Positions 31,482 to 43,978 of a stretch of DNA of 64,000 nucleotides are shown piece by piece (position 1 is the first letter of the stretch; each line of letters starts with the position of its first letter). The translations under genes were made by a program, and so were the position numbers. Location of the stretch: the NCBI GenBank assembly GCA_963817895.1, contig CAWFQB010000001.1, positions 128,001 to 192,000 of the forward strand. The letters run 5' to 3'. The notes under the pieces were generated by a model that did not search any database, was not told where the DNA came from, and saw nothing but the letters and a program-made list of their open reading frames with translations. This stretch comes from an uncultured Chthonomonadaceae bacterium. Lineage in GTDB: Bacteria; Armatimonadota; Chthonomonadetes; Chthonomonadales; Chthonomonadaceae.

Positions 31482-31584
31482 TTGTAGGGACACAACTTGT
31501 TGTGTCCTCCTCCGGTCGTTGTGTCCTCCTCCGGTTTATGAGAGTGCGGACATAATCCAGACACAACAAGTTGTGTCCCTACAA
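31482..31584. repeat. GTAG-type REP inverted pair (GTAGGGACACAACTTGTTGTGTCC)
   Basis: Perfect terminal arms; related copies at about 29664-29694 and 62340-62404. Confidence 0.85.
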
Positions 31585-31726
31585 GTTGTTATTGGCGCGC
31601 ATTAGTTTGAATGAGCCATTATATCAAATACGAAAGCAAATTACCAGAAACATTTTTGCTGAAATGAATTGCAGCCCTAAACCGGTGTGGTTCAGGGCTG
31701 CAAATTCCGTAACAAAGCGCATGAGG

Positions 31727-32206
31727 TTAATGAACGCGGTAGTCGCCGCGCCCGTCGTTGTTGCGATAGCCGCTGCTGGAACCACTATTGTTGTAGCCGC
31801 CGTTATAGCCGGTGTTGCTGCCGTAGTGGTCACGGTTATATCCGTCACGTCCCTGATTGTATTCCCGGTTCTGATCGCGGCCATACCGCTGCGCGTCCTG
31901 ATGTATGTTCTGGCGGTCATGGTCTATGTGCCACTTTAAGCGCGAAATTTCGTCATCCAGCCGATGGACGGCTTTCCAATCGCGGTGGTTTGCCAGATAC
32001 TCGCGGCGATGATACAGGTCATGCAGATGATCCTGATCGCGGCGAATGTCGGCAATATCGCGGTGGATTTCATTCCGGTCACGATTGTCGCGGGTATAAT
32101 CGTCGGCATGGGCAGGCAGAATCGAAATCGCGCCGACAAACAGAGTGGTCAGTCCCAGAACTCCCGCCCATCGAATCATCGAACTATGCGCAGTTATGCG
32201 TTTCAT
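31727..32206 (-). CDS. Secreted hypothetical protein, D/R/H-rich coiled coil plus G/N/Y-rich tail
   Basis: AAAGGAG RBS; signal peptide ending PAHA. Confidence 0.75.
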   Translation of the reverse strand: MKRITAHSSMIRWAGVLGLTTLFVGAISILPAHADDYTRDNRDRNEIHRDIADIRRDQDHLHDLYHRREYLANHRDWKAVHRLDDEISRLKWHIDHDRQNIHQDAQRYGRDQNREYNQGRDGYNRDHYGSNTGYNGGYNNSGSSSGYRNNDGRGDYRVH

Positions 32207-32392
32207 AACGTTGGCTCCTTTGCTTCGTGGCAACTCTTCAGCAGTCCCCGGCAAAAAATCTGTTGGGAACGGAAGGAATTTGCTGTTCCCGATGCTGAAT
32301 ACTCTTGCAAACGAAAACAGACCCAGAGCGTGACAGGATAACAAAGTTATCCTTCTTAACAGGGTTCAAGAGCAAGGAGCGATAGTAAGATC

Positions 32393-32989
32393 ATGCGCCG
32401 TGTTTCCTCTCCCATTCGGACAGTTGTAAATTGTGTAATGATCGGCTGCTTTGGCGTCACCGCGTTGGTATTCAATGCCAGAGTCATGCCGGTTTTGCGC
32501 CGACAGCAGGCCAATCGTGATATTTGGTGCGCCGCAATTACCGACCATCCGAGCGAACTGAGGGCCGCATTGGAGGCAGGCGGCGATCCCAATGCTCGCA
32601 ATCCCGCCAATGAACCCTGTTTGATGGTGGCGGCGCACAACGGCAATACCGCCTGCGTTCGGCTGCTGCTGCAATACAAAGCGAACCCGAATATTCGCGG
32701 TTCCCAAGCCGCGACGCCCCTCATCCATGCCGCCCGCAACGCGCACCCCGACATTGTAGCCCTGCTGCTGGCAAGCGGGGCCAACCCCAATCTTGCCGAT
32801 GCGAGGGGAGATACGCCCCTGATTATGTCGGCTATGATGGGCGACGTACAGAGTCTACAGCGCCTGTTAGGAGCGGGAGCCAATCCCCGCGCGCCCAACC
32901 TGCAAAACATGACGCCCCTGTCAACGGCAAAACAGTGGGGTCATGGGGATATTGAGGTGTTGCTCGGTCGGGCAATGGCGTGGCAGTAG
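32393..32989 (+). CDS. Ankyrin repeat protein, membrane-anchored or secreted
   Basis: About 4 ankyrin units (TPLIHAARNAH, GDTPLIMSA, TPLSTAKQWGH). Confidence 0.92.
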   Translation: MRRVSSPIRTVVNCVMIGCFGVTALVFNARVMPVLRRQQANRDIWCAAITDHPSELRAALEAGGDPNARNPANEPCLMVAAHNGNTACVRLLLQYKANPNIRGSQAATPLIHAARNAHPDIVALLLASGANPNLADARGDTPLIMSAMMGDVQSLQRLLGAGANPRAPNLQNMTPLSTAKQWGHGDIEVLLGRAMAWQ

Positions 32990-33004
32990 GGAAAGTGCGC
33001 CGTC

Positions 33005-33302
33005 TTATTCTCGTCCGCTCGTCTCAAATGAGCGTAGTAGTGTTTCCGGCGCGGTTTCCTCATCTGCCATTGCGGGACGCACAAGGGTTTGCGGCTGCGC
33101 GTCCCCTGTCATACCGGCGCGAAGCAGAACGTTTTGCGGTTCCTGCGCGCGTTGGGCTTCCTGCTCTCGCATTTGCTTTCGTTCGTCGGTTATATCCATC
33201 GCCTTCTCTGTCACGGAGCCAATCCCTATTTGAAGTAAGACAGCAAACACCAGACCACCGGCAAGGAAAAAAAGTCAGAGCCAATCCAATGAGTGTTTCC
33301 AT
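33005..33302 (-). CDS. Small hypothetical membrane protein; probable frameshift
   Basis: ORFs 33060..33302 and 33005..33250 join into a TM followed by a charged tail ending ETLLRS. Confidence 0.45.
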
Positions 33303-33308
33303 ACGCGC

Positions 33309-35489
<2,181 letters not shown>

Positions 35490-35606
35490 CATTGCAGATG
35501 ACAAAGGTATCCATTATATGAGCGCCTAAATTGGATAGTCAGGTATAAAGCCGAGCAAAAGCCAACTTTGCGCATCATCTGGTTTTTAGCAGATAGTGAA
35601 GGTAAA

Positions 35607-36089
35607 ATGCGTAAACGCCGCACACGAGAACACATCATTGCTGATTTGAGCGTAAATCATGTTGAGCGTCAGGCGCTGCTGGCGGGTTACACGATTGAGC
35701 GCGTTATCTACGACTATGGCATTGATCTTACGTTGACGACTTACAACGCGAACGGCGAAGTGGAAAACGGCAAAATCTATTTTCAACTAAAAGCCACTGA
35801 CTCGCTTCGCGTTTCTGCGGACGGTCAATCGGCAATGCTGGTGGTTGATCGCGCCGATTTAGATTACTGGTTGGGAGAAGAGTATCCCGTAATCTTGACG
35901 CTGTATGACGCGCAGACAGATACTGCCTTCTGGCTGCATGTTCAGGCGCATTTTGCTGATTCTTCAAATCAAGTAGTTACATCGGCAGGGCAAACTGTAT
36001 CTGTGCGGATGCCGCAAGCCAACGTTGTCAGTCAAAGCGCTATGCAGGTGTTTGCTCAATTGCGGGATGCTGTAATCAGTCAACGCTAA
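35607..36089 (+). CDS. DUF4365 family protein (PD-(D/E)XK-like)
   Basis: RKRRTREHIIADLS, DYGIDL, YFQLKATD, YPVILTLYD. Confidence 0.8.
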   Translation: MRKRRTREHIIADLSVNHVERQALLAGYTIERVIYDYGIDLTLTTYNANGEVENGKIYFQLKATDSLRVSADGQSAMLVVDRADLDYWLGEEYPVILTLYDAQTDTAFWLHVQAHFADSSNQVVTSAGQTVSVRMPQANVVSQSAMQVFAQLRDAVISQR

Positions 36090-36116
36090 GGTTGCGGGTA
36101 GGAAAGGAGCAGAAAG

Positions 36117-36416
36117 ATGCTGCCAACAGGTGTGCGTTATGCCAGCCTTGAGGAAACACTGCAACGGTTGGGGTTTATAAAGCGCATTGACGCAACCGCG
36201 CATGTCCGGTTTGAACATGCTGATGGCGCGGTATTCGCGACACGCGCCTATACGCCCAATGAAGTTGTACGGGAAATTGTGCTTGTTGCGGCAAGGAGTA
36301 CGGCAGATGATTGGGGTATAGCGGACCGGGAAACATTCGAGCGCCTGTTGGCGGAGAGCATAGCGCAAAATAGTTCGTCTGCGCCTGCGCATGAAGGCGT
36401 CTCAACAGCGGCATGA
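36117..36416 (+). CDS. Small protein, HicA-like fold suspected
   Basis: AAAGGAG RBS; LEETLQRLGF...AHVRFEH pattern. Confidence 0.55.
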   Translation: MLPTGVRYASLEETLQRLGFIKRIDATAHVRFEHADGAVFATRAYTPNEVVREIVLVAARSTADDWGIADRETFERLLAESIAQNSSSAPAHEGVSTAA

Positions 36417-36432
36417 TGGGAAGGACTGAAAA

Positions 36433-38766
36433 ATGCGTTTGGCTTGCCTGCTTGGTATTGGAGTGGCGTTGAGTCTGTTGGTCGCGGTCAGGGCGGAAGC
36501 CGCGCCGTGGCAGCAAGCCATGCCGCTGCAAAAAGGTTCGGTTATCAGTCTGTCAGGGAAGATTGCGCCGGGGGTTTATGAACTGGCGTCTGAAGGCGAT
36601 GCGGGAAAGACGGGCGCGATTACGGTGCGGGGCGACAATCTCACGGTTGATTTTGCCGGGGCGGAACTGCGCGGCACACCTTTGACCGCGCAACCGGACG
36701 AGCGCAGGGGAACCGGGATCGTCGTGGAGGGGCGCAACATCACCCTGAAACATCTGCGCGTTCGGGGCTATAAAATCGGCCTGATGGCCCGCCACTGCCC
36801 CGGCCTGAAAATTCTGGACAGCGATCTCTCCTACAACTGGAAGCAACATTTGCGCAGTACCCTCGAACACGAAGACCTCGAAGATTGGATGTCGTACCAC
36901 CACAACGAAGCCGAGGAGTGGCTGCGGTATGGCGCGGGCGCGTATTTGCAGGACTGCGATGGTTTTGAAGCGCGGGGCAACACCATTCAGGGCGGGCAAT
37001 GCGGCCTGATGCTGACCCGCTGCAACAAAGGACTCGTCTGGAACAACAATTTCTCGTTTCTGAGTGGGCTTGGCGTGGGCATGTACCGGGCGAGTGAAAA
37101 CCGCGTATTCCACAACAAAATTGACTGGTGCGTCCGGGGTTACTCGCATGGCGTGTACAACCGAGGACAGGATTCGGCGGGCATTCTCGTTTTCGATCAG
37201 TGCAATAAGAACGTTTTCGCCTACAACTCGGTCACGCATGGCGGCGACGGCTTCTTTTTGTGGGCGGGGCAGCACACGATGGACACGGGCGAGGGCGGCT
37301 GCAACGACAACCTGCTGTACGGCAACGATTTCAGCCACGCGCCCACCAATGGCATTGAAGTGACGTTCAGCCGCAACACCATCATCAACAACCGCGTGGA
37401 GGAGTGCGATCACGGTATATGGGGTGGTTACTCCTACGACACGCTCATTTTGCAAAACCAGTTTGCCCACAACAACCGCGCTATTGCCATCGAACATGGC
37501 CAGCATAACCGAATCGAGCAGAACACGTTTATGGAAGACGGCGAAGCTATCGCTTTGTGGCAGAACAAAACGCAGGACCCGAACTGGGGCTATCCCAAGC
37601 ATCACGATACCGTCAGCCACGATTATCGTATCAACGGCAACAACTTCTATTGGCCTTCGCGCGATGCCGTTTCCCTGCGCGATACACGAGACGTATCCTT
37701 AGATGACAACCTGTTCGTCGCCCTCGCGCCAGCAATGATGCTGACCGGCGACACAGCAGGCCTGCGCGTCGGGTCAAACCGGCTGCTAGGCAATGCCGAC
37801 AATTTCAAAGGATTGCCGATCCCGCCCAATCTTCTCCTGACAAACAAAGCCCCTAAAGAATACCAACCGAAGGAGTGGACCCCCGTGTTTTCGCAGCGAG
37901 CGCGCGACAATGAAAACGTAAAGGAAGCCCTGACGTTTAAGCCGATGCCGCTCAAGGATGGGCAGAAGGCATTCCTCAAACTCAATCAAAAGCGGGGACG
38001 CCAGTATATTCTTGTGGACGAGTGGGGGCCGTATGACTTTCAATCGCCGCGTTTGTGGCCGCGCGGCAAAACTTCGGCGCAGGCAGGGGCAAGCGGCGCA
38101 ACGCGCTACCAATTCGATATGCTTGGCCCGTCCGGCGCGTGGCGCGTGAAATCGGCGCGTGGCGTTGCCCGCTGGTCGGCGCAATCGGGAAACGTGCCGG
38201 GAACGCTCGACGTGGAATTGGAACCGGGCAAAGCGGTTGACCTGCGAATGGAACTGGAATACACGGGCGCGGCCACAACCGATTACCGGGGCATTGCCAC
38301 TCCTGCCGGTACGCCCGTCACGTTCGCCTATTCCAAATTCTTCGCGCCGATTGACTGGAATGTTCGATTTTTTGCCTACGACCCGAAAACACAGGAACCG
38401 CGTACCCAGTCCGAAGGCTTCGTGAACCTGATTGCAAGCGGCAAGCCACTTGTTTCCCTGAAAACTGATCAACTGGATTTCGCCGGGTATGGCGCGTTTG
38501 CCAAAGGCGTTCCCGCCAACTATTTTGCTACAATTGCCGATGGCGCATTGGAAGTTCCGTCCGGCGATTACACGCTGGAAGTAACGACAGACGACGGCTG
38601 CCGCGTCCTGCTGGACGGCAAAACAATTCTCAACGAGTGGCATTATCAGGGGCCGACCACGTACAACGTAGATTTGAAATTGAGCGGCAAGCACAAACTT
38701 CACGTTGAGCATTTTCAGATTGACGGCTACGCCACCCTGAAAGTGAACCTGCGCCCGAAACACTGA
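36433..38766 (+). CDS. Secreted right-handed beta-helix (NosD-like) protein with C-terminal PA14 domain
   Basis: Signal peptide; Asn-rich helix turns (NNNFS, YNSVTHGGDG, GNDFSHAPTNGIE); PA14-type TTDDGCRVLLDGK...HKLHVEHFQ. Confidence 0.88.
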   Translation: MRLACLLGIGVALSLLVAVRAEAAPWQQAMPLQKGSVISLSGKIAPGVYELASEGDAGKTGAITVRGDNLTVDFAGAELRGTPLTAQPDERRGTGIVVEGRNITLKHLRVRGYKIGLMARHCPGLKILDSDLSYNWKQHLRSTLEHEDLEDWMSYHHNEAEEWLRYGAGAYLQDCDGFEARGNTIQGGQCGLMLTRCNKGLVWNNNFSFLSGLGVGMYRASENRVFHNKIDWCVRGYSHGVYNRGQDSAGILVFDQCNKNVFAYNSVTHGGDGFFLWAGQHTMDTGEGGCNDNLLYGNDFSHAPTNGIEVTFSRNTIINNRVEECDHGIWGGYSYDTLILQNQFAHNNRAIAIEHGQHNRIEQNTFMEDGEAIALWQNKTQDPNWGYPKHHDTVSHDYRINGNNFYWPSRDAVSLRDTRDVSLDDNLFVALAPAMMLTGDTAGLRVGSNRLLGNADNFKGLPIPPNLLLTNKAPKEYQPKEWTPVFSQRARDNENVKEALTFKPMPLKDGQKAFLKLNQKRGRQYILVDEWGPYDFQSPRLWPRGKTSAQAGASGATRYQFDMLGPSGAWRVKSARGVARWSAQSGNVPGTLDVELEPGKAVDLRMELEYTGAATTDYRGIATPAGTPVTFAYSKFFAPIDWNVRFFAYDPKTQEPRTQSEGFVNLIASGKPLVSLKTDQLDFAGYGAFAKGVPANYFATIADGALEVPSGDYTLEVTTDDGCRVLLDGKTILNEWHYQGPTTYNVDLKLSGKHKLHVEHFQIDGYATLKVNLRPKH

Positions 38767-38771
38767 CAAAC

Positions 38772-39635
38772 CTACATGTCAATCGCGACATCGGTGAGAA
38801 CGAAACCGCCATTGAATGTGTTCGTACCCGTCGCTTTCAATTGCTCCCCAACTTGCAACTGACTGAACAGCAGGGGCGTGACCCGGTTTATCTGCGCGTC
38901 GGTTGCGGCCCTGACAGTTACGGATGCGCCGCTGTGCAATTTCATCACGAGCGGGCTGACCGAGGTAATCATTCCGTTGAGCGTCACCGTATTCGTGGCC
39001 TGCGTAGCGACAGTTGTCTGTCTGGCGTTCGCGCTGCTGGAAGAATTGCCGGGAGGATTGCCGCCCATGCCGGACGCGCGCATGTTTTGCTGCAAAAAGG
39101 CGGGGATTTGTCCCGCCGTGATGGTGGCTGCCGTAAGCGAAGCCGGCCCTGTCGCCGTATTGGTGGCAACGCCCTGAACCTGCACCCACTCACCGGTTTC
39201 AAGATCGCTTGCGGTAATTGCCGTTTGCGTCACGAACCGGGTGGCGTTGCTGACTTGAAGCGTCTGCGAACCCCCGTTGGATTGCGATTGTATCAGGATT
39301 TGCCCCGCGCTTGCGTCCCCGGCCACGATGGTTCCGATTATGAGCGGCGTTTGCGGACCGTTGCCGCCGCCCTGATTGCCTCCCGGCCCTCCCCCGTTCG
39401 CGCCTGCGCCCATGCCGCTGACGCCTGCCACTGCGCCGGTTTGACCGTTCGCTGCTTGCCTGTTCGACAGGGAACCGGTTCCCGTTGTGGAAGCTGCGCC
39501 GCGTGACGGCATCGGCCTGAAAACGCGGCGGTTTCCCGCGCCCTGCGCCTGCGCGGGATTGCCGACGGCAAGCGCGGCGCACAACGCGAACCCTGCCGAT
39601 ACAACCGTTTTCATGGCTATGCTGTTTGTTTTCAT
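38772..39635 (-). CDS. Secreted hypothetical protein (DUF5666-like OB repeats)
   Basis: GGAGG RBS; signal peptide; two units DLETGEWVQVQG and QLQVGEQLKATG. Confidence 0.7.
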   Translation of the reverse strand: MKTNSIAMKTVVSAGFALCAALAVGNPAQAQGAGNRRVFRPMPSRGAASTTGTGSLSNRQAANGQTGAVAGVSGMGAGANGGGPGGNQGGGNGPQTPLIIGTIVAGDASAGQILIQSQSNGGSQTLQVSNATRFVTQTAITASDLETGEWVQVQGVATNTATGPASLTAATITAGQIPAFLQQNMRASGMGGNPPGNSSSSANARQTTVATQATNTVTLNGMITSVSPLVMKLHSGASVTVRAATDAQINRVTPLLFSQLQVGEQLKATGTNTFNGGFVLTDVAIDM

Positions 39636-39867
39636 CTGATTTCCTCCGTGACTGTGTAAACACCCATTCGAGCAAATAACGTGGAAGACAACGTTCTGTC
39701 AAATTCACATGTTAGCGGAAGGTGAGTTGGATACGAAATCCCCTCCGCGCCTGTCATAATGGAGTATAAGCGCGAAACATAAAAACGGCATAAGAGCCGG
39801 AATTTCTTTTGAAGAGTTGAAAAGAAGATGTGAGTTGAAAGAAGATTTGAAAGGGGAGGGCAAGAGC

Positions 39868-40335
39868 ATGGGAGAAGTGAGCAGCATTGTGTACAAGCCG
39901 CGCGACGCGGCAGGAACGGCGGACGGCTATACGCGCCTGCCATTGCGTGAAGCCCGTCTTGTGGTGGGGCAGGGGATTGACGGCGATGCCAAAGGCAGCG
40001 GCAACCCCGGCCGGCAGTTGAACATCATGACGCTGGAAACGGTTCAGCAGTTGGGCGAGGAGGGCTTTCACACGGACGCGGGCGAGATGGGCGAGCAGTT
40101 GATAGTCGCGCAACTTGACATGAACGCGCTGGCTATCGGAACCCGCCTGCAAATCGGCGCAACCGCCTGCGTGGAACTGACGGAACCGCGCACCGGCTGC
40201 GGCAAATTCGAGAAGTATCAGGGCAAAAAGCGCGAGGAAGCGTCGGGGCGCTTGGGCATGATGGCGCGCGTCGTCGCGGACGGAACCATTCACGTTGGCG
40301 ATTTCGTTCAAGTCGTTGAGGAACCCGGCAAGTAG
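39868..40335 (+). CDS. MOSC domain protein
   Basis: GIDGD, RQLNI, GEMGEQL, TEPRTGCGK, GMMARVV..GTIHVGD. Confidence 0.88.
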   Translation: MGEVSSIVYKPRDAAGTADGYTRLPLREARLVVGQGIDGDAKGSGNPGRQLNIMTLETVQQLGEEGFHTDAGEMGEQLIVAQLDMNALAIGTRLQIGATACVELTEPRTGCGKFEKYQGKKREEASGRLGMMARVVADGTIHVGDFVQVVEEPGK

Positions 40336-40381
40336 CGGATGGTTCTGCATACCGAAGCCGTGTCAGTAATGGAGGCCCAAT

Positions 40382-40768
40382 GTGGCAACACGCGAACAGG
40401 TTTATCTTTTCTGCTGGCTGTTGGCGATGTTATTCATCATTGCGGAAAAGCCCATTGAGGAAAAATACAGGCCGAACGGCAAACTTCGCGAACATCCGAA
40501 GATTTGTACCCGTTCCGAAGCGACTCTGGGTTGCGCGGCGATGGTCGTACCCTATTACTTCCTCTTTTTTGGAATTCGCCCGCCTCAAAACTTCGCGTGT
40601 TGGATTTGGGGCGTGAGCCTGTCTGCCGTGCCGTGTTTTGCCGCTATCTGGTACTGGCAGCGCAAGTATCCGCCCCAAATCGCCCGGTGGTTTCTCGCGA
40701 AACTCGGCACAGACTTTATGATGCGCGCGGTCATTCAAGGCATCTGGTGGCTATGGGTTTGGCATTGA
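40382..40768 (+). CDS. Hypothetical membrane protein
   Basis: GGAGG RBS with GTG start; 3-4 hydrophobic segments. Confidence 0.55.
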   Translation: MATREQVYLFCWLLAMLFIIAEKPIEEKYRPNGKLREHPKICTRSEATLGCAAMVVPYYFLFFGIRPPQNFACWIWGVSLSAVPCFAAIWYWQRKYPPQIARWFLAKLGTDFMMRAVIQGIWWLWVWH

Positions 40769-42001
40769 CATAGAGGCGGGCGGGTTTGCCGATTTCTTCG
40801 CCCATTTTGCTTCCAATGCCGGACGCTTAACCCGAATAAAGTGATCGGGCGCGGACGTGGTAACGCTCATTCCCATAAACATAGGCTTGCGCGGCATGTG
40901 ACAGCCCACGCAGCCGGTGCGGGGATTAACCGGGCAGACATTGCCGATTTCCGATTTTCGATTTTCGATTTTCGATTGAGTTCCTTCTTTTCCCTTTTCC
41001 CTTTTCCCTTTTCCCTGTCCCGAATGGCAACCAAGACACGCCGCTTCGTACTTGCGCATGTTGTGGGAGGTGTTCTGGTGGGGGTTGTGGCAGGTGTTGC
41101 AGGAGAGGGTATTCTTGCTCTCCTTGAAACAGCGGGACAGCATCAGGCCATACGGCTGGAAGCGGGACGTGACGCTCAGGTCGGGCGTATCGCCCACCGC
41201 CATGCCCGCCACTTCCGCGTTGCGGTGGCACTTGCCGCACAGGTCGTTGACCCGCTTCGCGTCCCATTTGCCGATACGCTCTATTTGTATATCCGCTGTC
41301 TTGCCGCTTTGCATTGCCGCAATGTGCGCCCCCCCGGCCCCGTGACACGCTTCGCAGCCCACGCCGTAGAATCGCTTTTCCGGTATGTTCGAGTCGGGCG
41401 GCAGCGTGGTGACGTGGCACTGGATACAGGAACGCGCCTCCTCGTCCCTGTGATCTACGCCCAGTGCCGTTCGGGAAATGTTCTTTTGTCCCGGCGTGAT
41501 TTTCCACTGATGCTGATTGGGAAAATAACTGGCGCGCATTTCAAAAACGTGGCTGCCCATCGGCGTCACATACGTCATGCCGCTTTTACCGGAACCAAGC
41601 GCGTACCGCAGCGGCCCCTGACCGCCCCCCGGCATCTGCGCCTGATAGCCATCCCCTACCTGTATGATCCGCGCTCTGGTTCCGGGTAACGGACCGGTTT
41701 TGGGCGCCAGTCTGCCCAAACTGATTTTATCCGCCGCATGGAATGTAATGGCGTGACGACTGGACTTGTGATCTCGAAACGCCTGCGCGTGACATCCGGC
41801 GCAAGCCTGATCGCCCACAAACACGGCAGTATCCCCCGTATCCGAAACCGGGGGAGCCGGGGCAACCGTCGCGTCTTTTACCACAGCGGCAGGCGCTACC
41901 GACGGCGCGTTATGAACGCAGCCCGCCACGCACAGCAGCAGGATAAAGGAGGCGACTATAAACAGGATAGTCGCGCGACAGGCGGAAAAGGAACGCATCA
42001 T
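40751..42001 (-). CDS. Multiheme c-type cytochrome (7 CxxCH), probable lipoprotein
   Basis: CAGCH, CIQCH, CEACH, CGKCH, CNTCH, CLGCH, CVGCH; lipobox-like VAGC. Confidence 0.92.
   Translation of the reverse strand: MMRSFSACRATILFIVASFILLLCVAGCVHNAPSVAPAAVVKDATVAPAPPVSDTGDTAVFVGDQACAGCHAQAFRDHKSSRHAITFHAADKISLGRLAPKTGPLPGTRARIIQVGDGYQAQMPGGGQGPLRYALGSGKSGMTYVTPMGSHVFEMRASYFPNQHQWKITPGQKNISRTALGVDHRDEEARSCIQCHVTTLPPDSNIPEKRFYGVGCEACHGAGGAHIAAMQSGKTADIQIERIGKWDAKRVNDLCGKCHRNAEVAGMAVGDTPDLSVTSRFQPYGLMLSRCFKESKNTLSCNTCHNPHQNTSHNMRKYEAACLGCHSGQGKGKREKGKEGTQSKIENRKSEIGNVCPVNPRTGCVGCHMPRKPMFMGMSVTTSAPDHFIRVKRPALEAKWAKKSANPPASMSMPNP
40945..41016. repeat. In-frame heptamer arrays (CGATTTT)n and (TTTTCCC)n inside the cytochrome gene
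   Basis: Encode GKGKREKGKEGTQSKIENRKSEI between hemes 6 and 7. Confidence 0.9.
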
Positions 42002-42239
42002 TACAACTCAGTTCATTTCAACTCATTGTGGCAATTTCGCGTAACCGTCGGCAGCAACACAGGATAACATACTTCCACATTGTAGCGCGAACAGGGTAAT
42101 TCGTCAAGGCGCGATATATTTTTCTGCGCAATATGAACATCCCCGGACTCTCCGCGTCTAAAATTATGCAGCCGGATAAAAGATTATCAGTCAGGTGAAA
42201 ACTGTTGAAAATATTCTGCGGACGAAGCAGGAATCCGGT

Positions 42240-42294
42240 ATGATAATAGTGTAAATAAGAGTTGACAAAGAATTTTGAAAAAATTCTTGCCAAC
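42240..42294. promoter_or_regulatory. Minus-strand promoter TTGTCA-N17-TATCAT plus adjacent palindrome (candidate operator)
   Basis: -35 at 42263-42268, -10 at 42240-42245; inverted repeat gttg..aagaattt-N5-aaattctt..caac at 42261-42294, in the divergent intergenic region. Confidence 0.5.
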
Positions 42295-42388
42295 GGGTGT
42301 CACGAAATTCGGAGCGTCTCGTACCGAGACAACAATGGAACGTTTTGGAAAGATTTGCGCTCTGAACGCCGTGTTGAGGAGAGTGCCC

Positions 42389-43978
42389 GTGGTCACGCAA
42401 AATAACAATTTAGTTTCGCGAACCGCCGTAACCGCCCGGAAATCTTCCGGCGAGATGTCACGCGCCGTTGCCGTCGCGGTGACGCCGCTGGAAGCGGCGG
42501 AAACCATATTTCGGCGCTTCGCGCCCCGCGCGATTTCGATACTGTCTAATCCGCGCACACTGGAAGATGGCCGGACGCTTCCCGCCCGCCTGAGCGCGAA
42601 TGACTGCTATGTGGCGATGGAAGAGGCGTGCCGGAAAATGGCCCGCGTAGCCCTGCGTAAGTTCGAGGGCGATACCACGCTGGAAGCGATTGGCTTTTCC
42701 GACGCGCTGGACGTGATCTTTCCCGATCCGCCCGCGTATCTGACCCGCTGTATCCGTTCCGTCGTCAGCGATGGCGAGCGCGTGACGCGCCGGGAAGTTC
42801 CCGCCGTTTCGATGGATCAGCCGATTGGCTTCAGCGGCGACGGCGACAACGCCCTGTGCCTGCGCGATACCATTTCGGACACGGACAGCAACGGGCAGCC
42901 CGAAACCGCTTTACTGGAACAGGACGACCGCCAGCGTTTCCGCAGCGCGCTGAACAACGCCCTGCAATCCATTCCGAAAAACTATCTGGAAGCCTTGCAG
43001 CGCGACATGTCCCGCTCCCGCGAACGCGAAGACGGAGCCAGAACCGCGCCCGAATCCGATAAGGAACGACAGACCGTGTGCCGCGCCCGCGCCGCCGTGT
43101 CGGAAATCCTCAAGCGCGAGTGCGGCCTGGACAATCCCTTCATACGCCAACTGGCGCAGCAGAGGAGCGGACGGGTGCGCCAAAAGCCAACGGCAGGGAA
43201 AAACACAGCCAACTGGACGGCGGAAAAGCAGAGCCATCTGTTTCAGCGCCTGCTCAACACCTCATGGCAAGATCGCGCCCAATCCGGCGCGAACCCGGAC
43301 GGCAACATTGAGGAGGCGATTGTTAACGACGTGAGCGGCAGCAGCAACGTCGCGCCGCCCTCGCCCGAAATGCGCCAATCCATGCGCGTGATGGACATGT
43401 ATTACCTGAACGAGCGCAAAACAGAAAATAATGACGCGCAGGAACTCTATAATCAGGCCGAAACCTCGCGACATCGTGGTAAAATAGAAGAGGCGATGCG
43501 CCTTTACCGGCAGGCGTATGAACTGGACCCGAAATATTTCGCCGCGCTTAACGAAGTGGGCCTGCTGCTGATGCAAACCGGGAACCTGCGGGACGCGCTG
43601 AAAGTCTATCTGACAATCGTAGAGCATCCCGAAGCGGGCGCGATCAAGTATGTGGCCGCAACCAATGCCGCGGATGTGTATCTGCACTGGTTTGACGCGG
43701 GCCGCAACAAAGAGCGCAACATCGAACGCGCCGCGTTTTATGCCAAAATGGCGATGCGCAAGCCGACACCCATGCGCGCCTGTAACCTGATTTTGGCGTA
43801 TGTGAAAGACCGATACTATACGGAAGCGCAGGAACTGATGAACACGGTTCTTCAAAGCAACCTGCCCGGCTGTCCCGCCGATAAGTTTTTGCAGACGCTG
43901 TTCCAAATCCGCGATGCCGATCTGGTATCATGGTGGAGTTGGCTGGACAGCGAAATGGGAAAGGATGAAGTCCGATGA
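42389..43978 (+). CDS. Divergent sigma70/ECF-like domain fused to a TPR domain
   Basis: GTG start 7 nt after GAGGAG; region-2-like PAYLTRCIRSVVSD, linker VSMDQP, region-4-like LNNALQSIPKNYLEAL...TVCRARAAVSEIL; TPRs EEAMRLYRQAYELDPKYFAALNEVG. Confidence 0.7.
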   Translation: MVTQNNNLVSRTAVTARKSSGEMSRAVAVAVTPLEAAETIFRRFAPRAISILSNPRTLEDGRTLPARLSANDCYVAMEEACRKMARVALRKFEGDTTLEAIGFSDALDVIFPDPPAYLTRCIRSVVSDGERVTRREVPAVSMDQPIGFSGDGDNALCLRDTISDTDSNGQPETALLEQDDRQRFRSALNNALQSIPKNYLEALQRDMSRSREREDGARTAPESDKERQTVCRARAAVSEILKRECGLDNPFIRQLAQQRSGRVRQKPTAGKNTANWTAEKQSHLFQRLLNTSWQDRAQSGANPDGNIEEAIVNDVSGSSNVAPPSPEMRQSMRVMDMYYLNERKTENNDAQELYNQAETSRHRGKIEEAMRLYRQAYELDPKYFAALNEVGLLLMQTGNLRDALKVYLTIVEHPEAGAIKYVAATNAADVYLHWFDAGRNKERNIERAAFYAKMAMRKPTPMRACNLILAYVKDRYYTEAQELMNTVLQSNLPGCPADKFLQTLFQIRDADLVSWWSWLDSEMGKDEVR

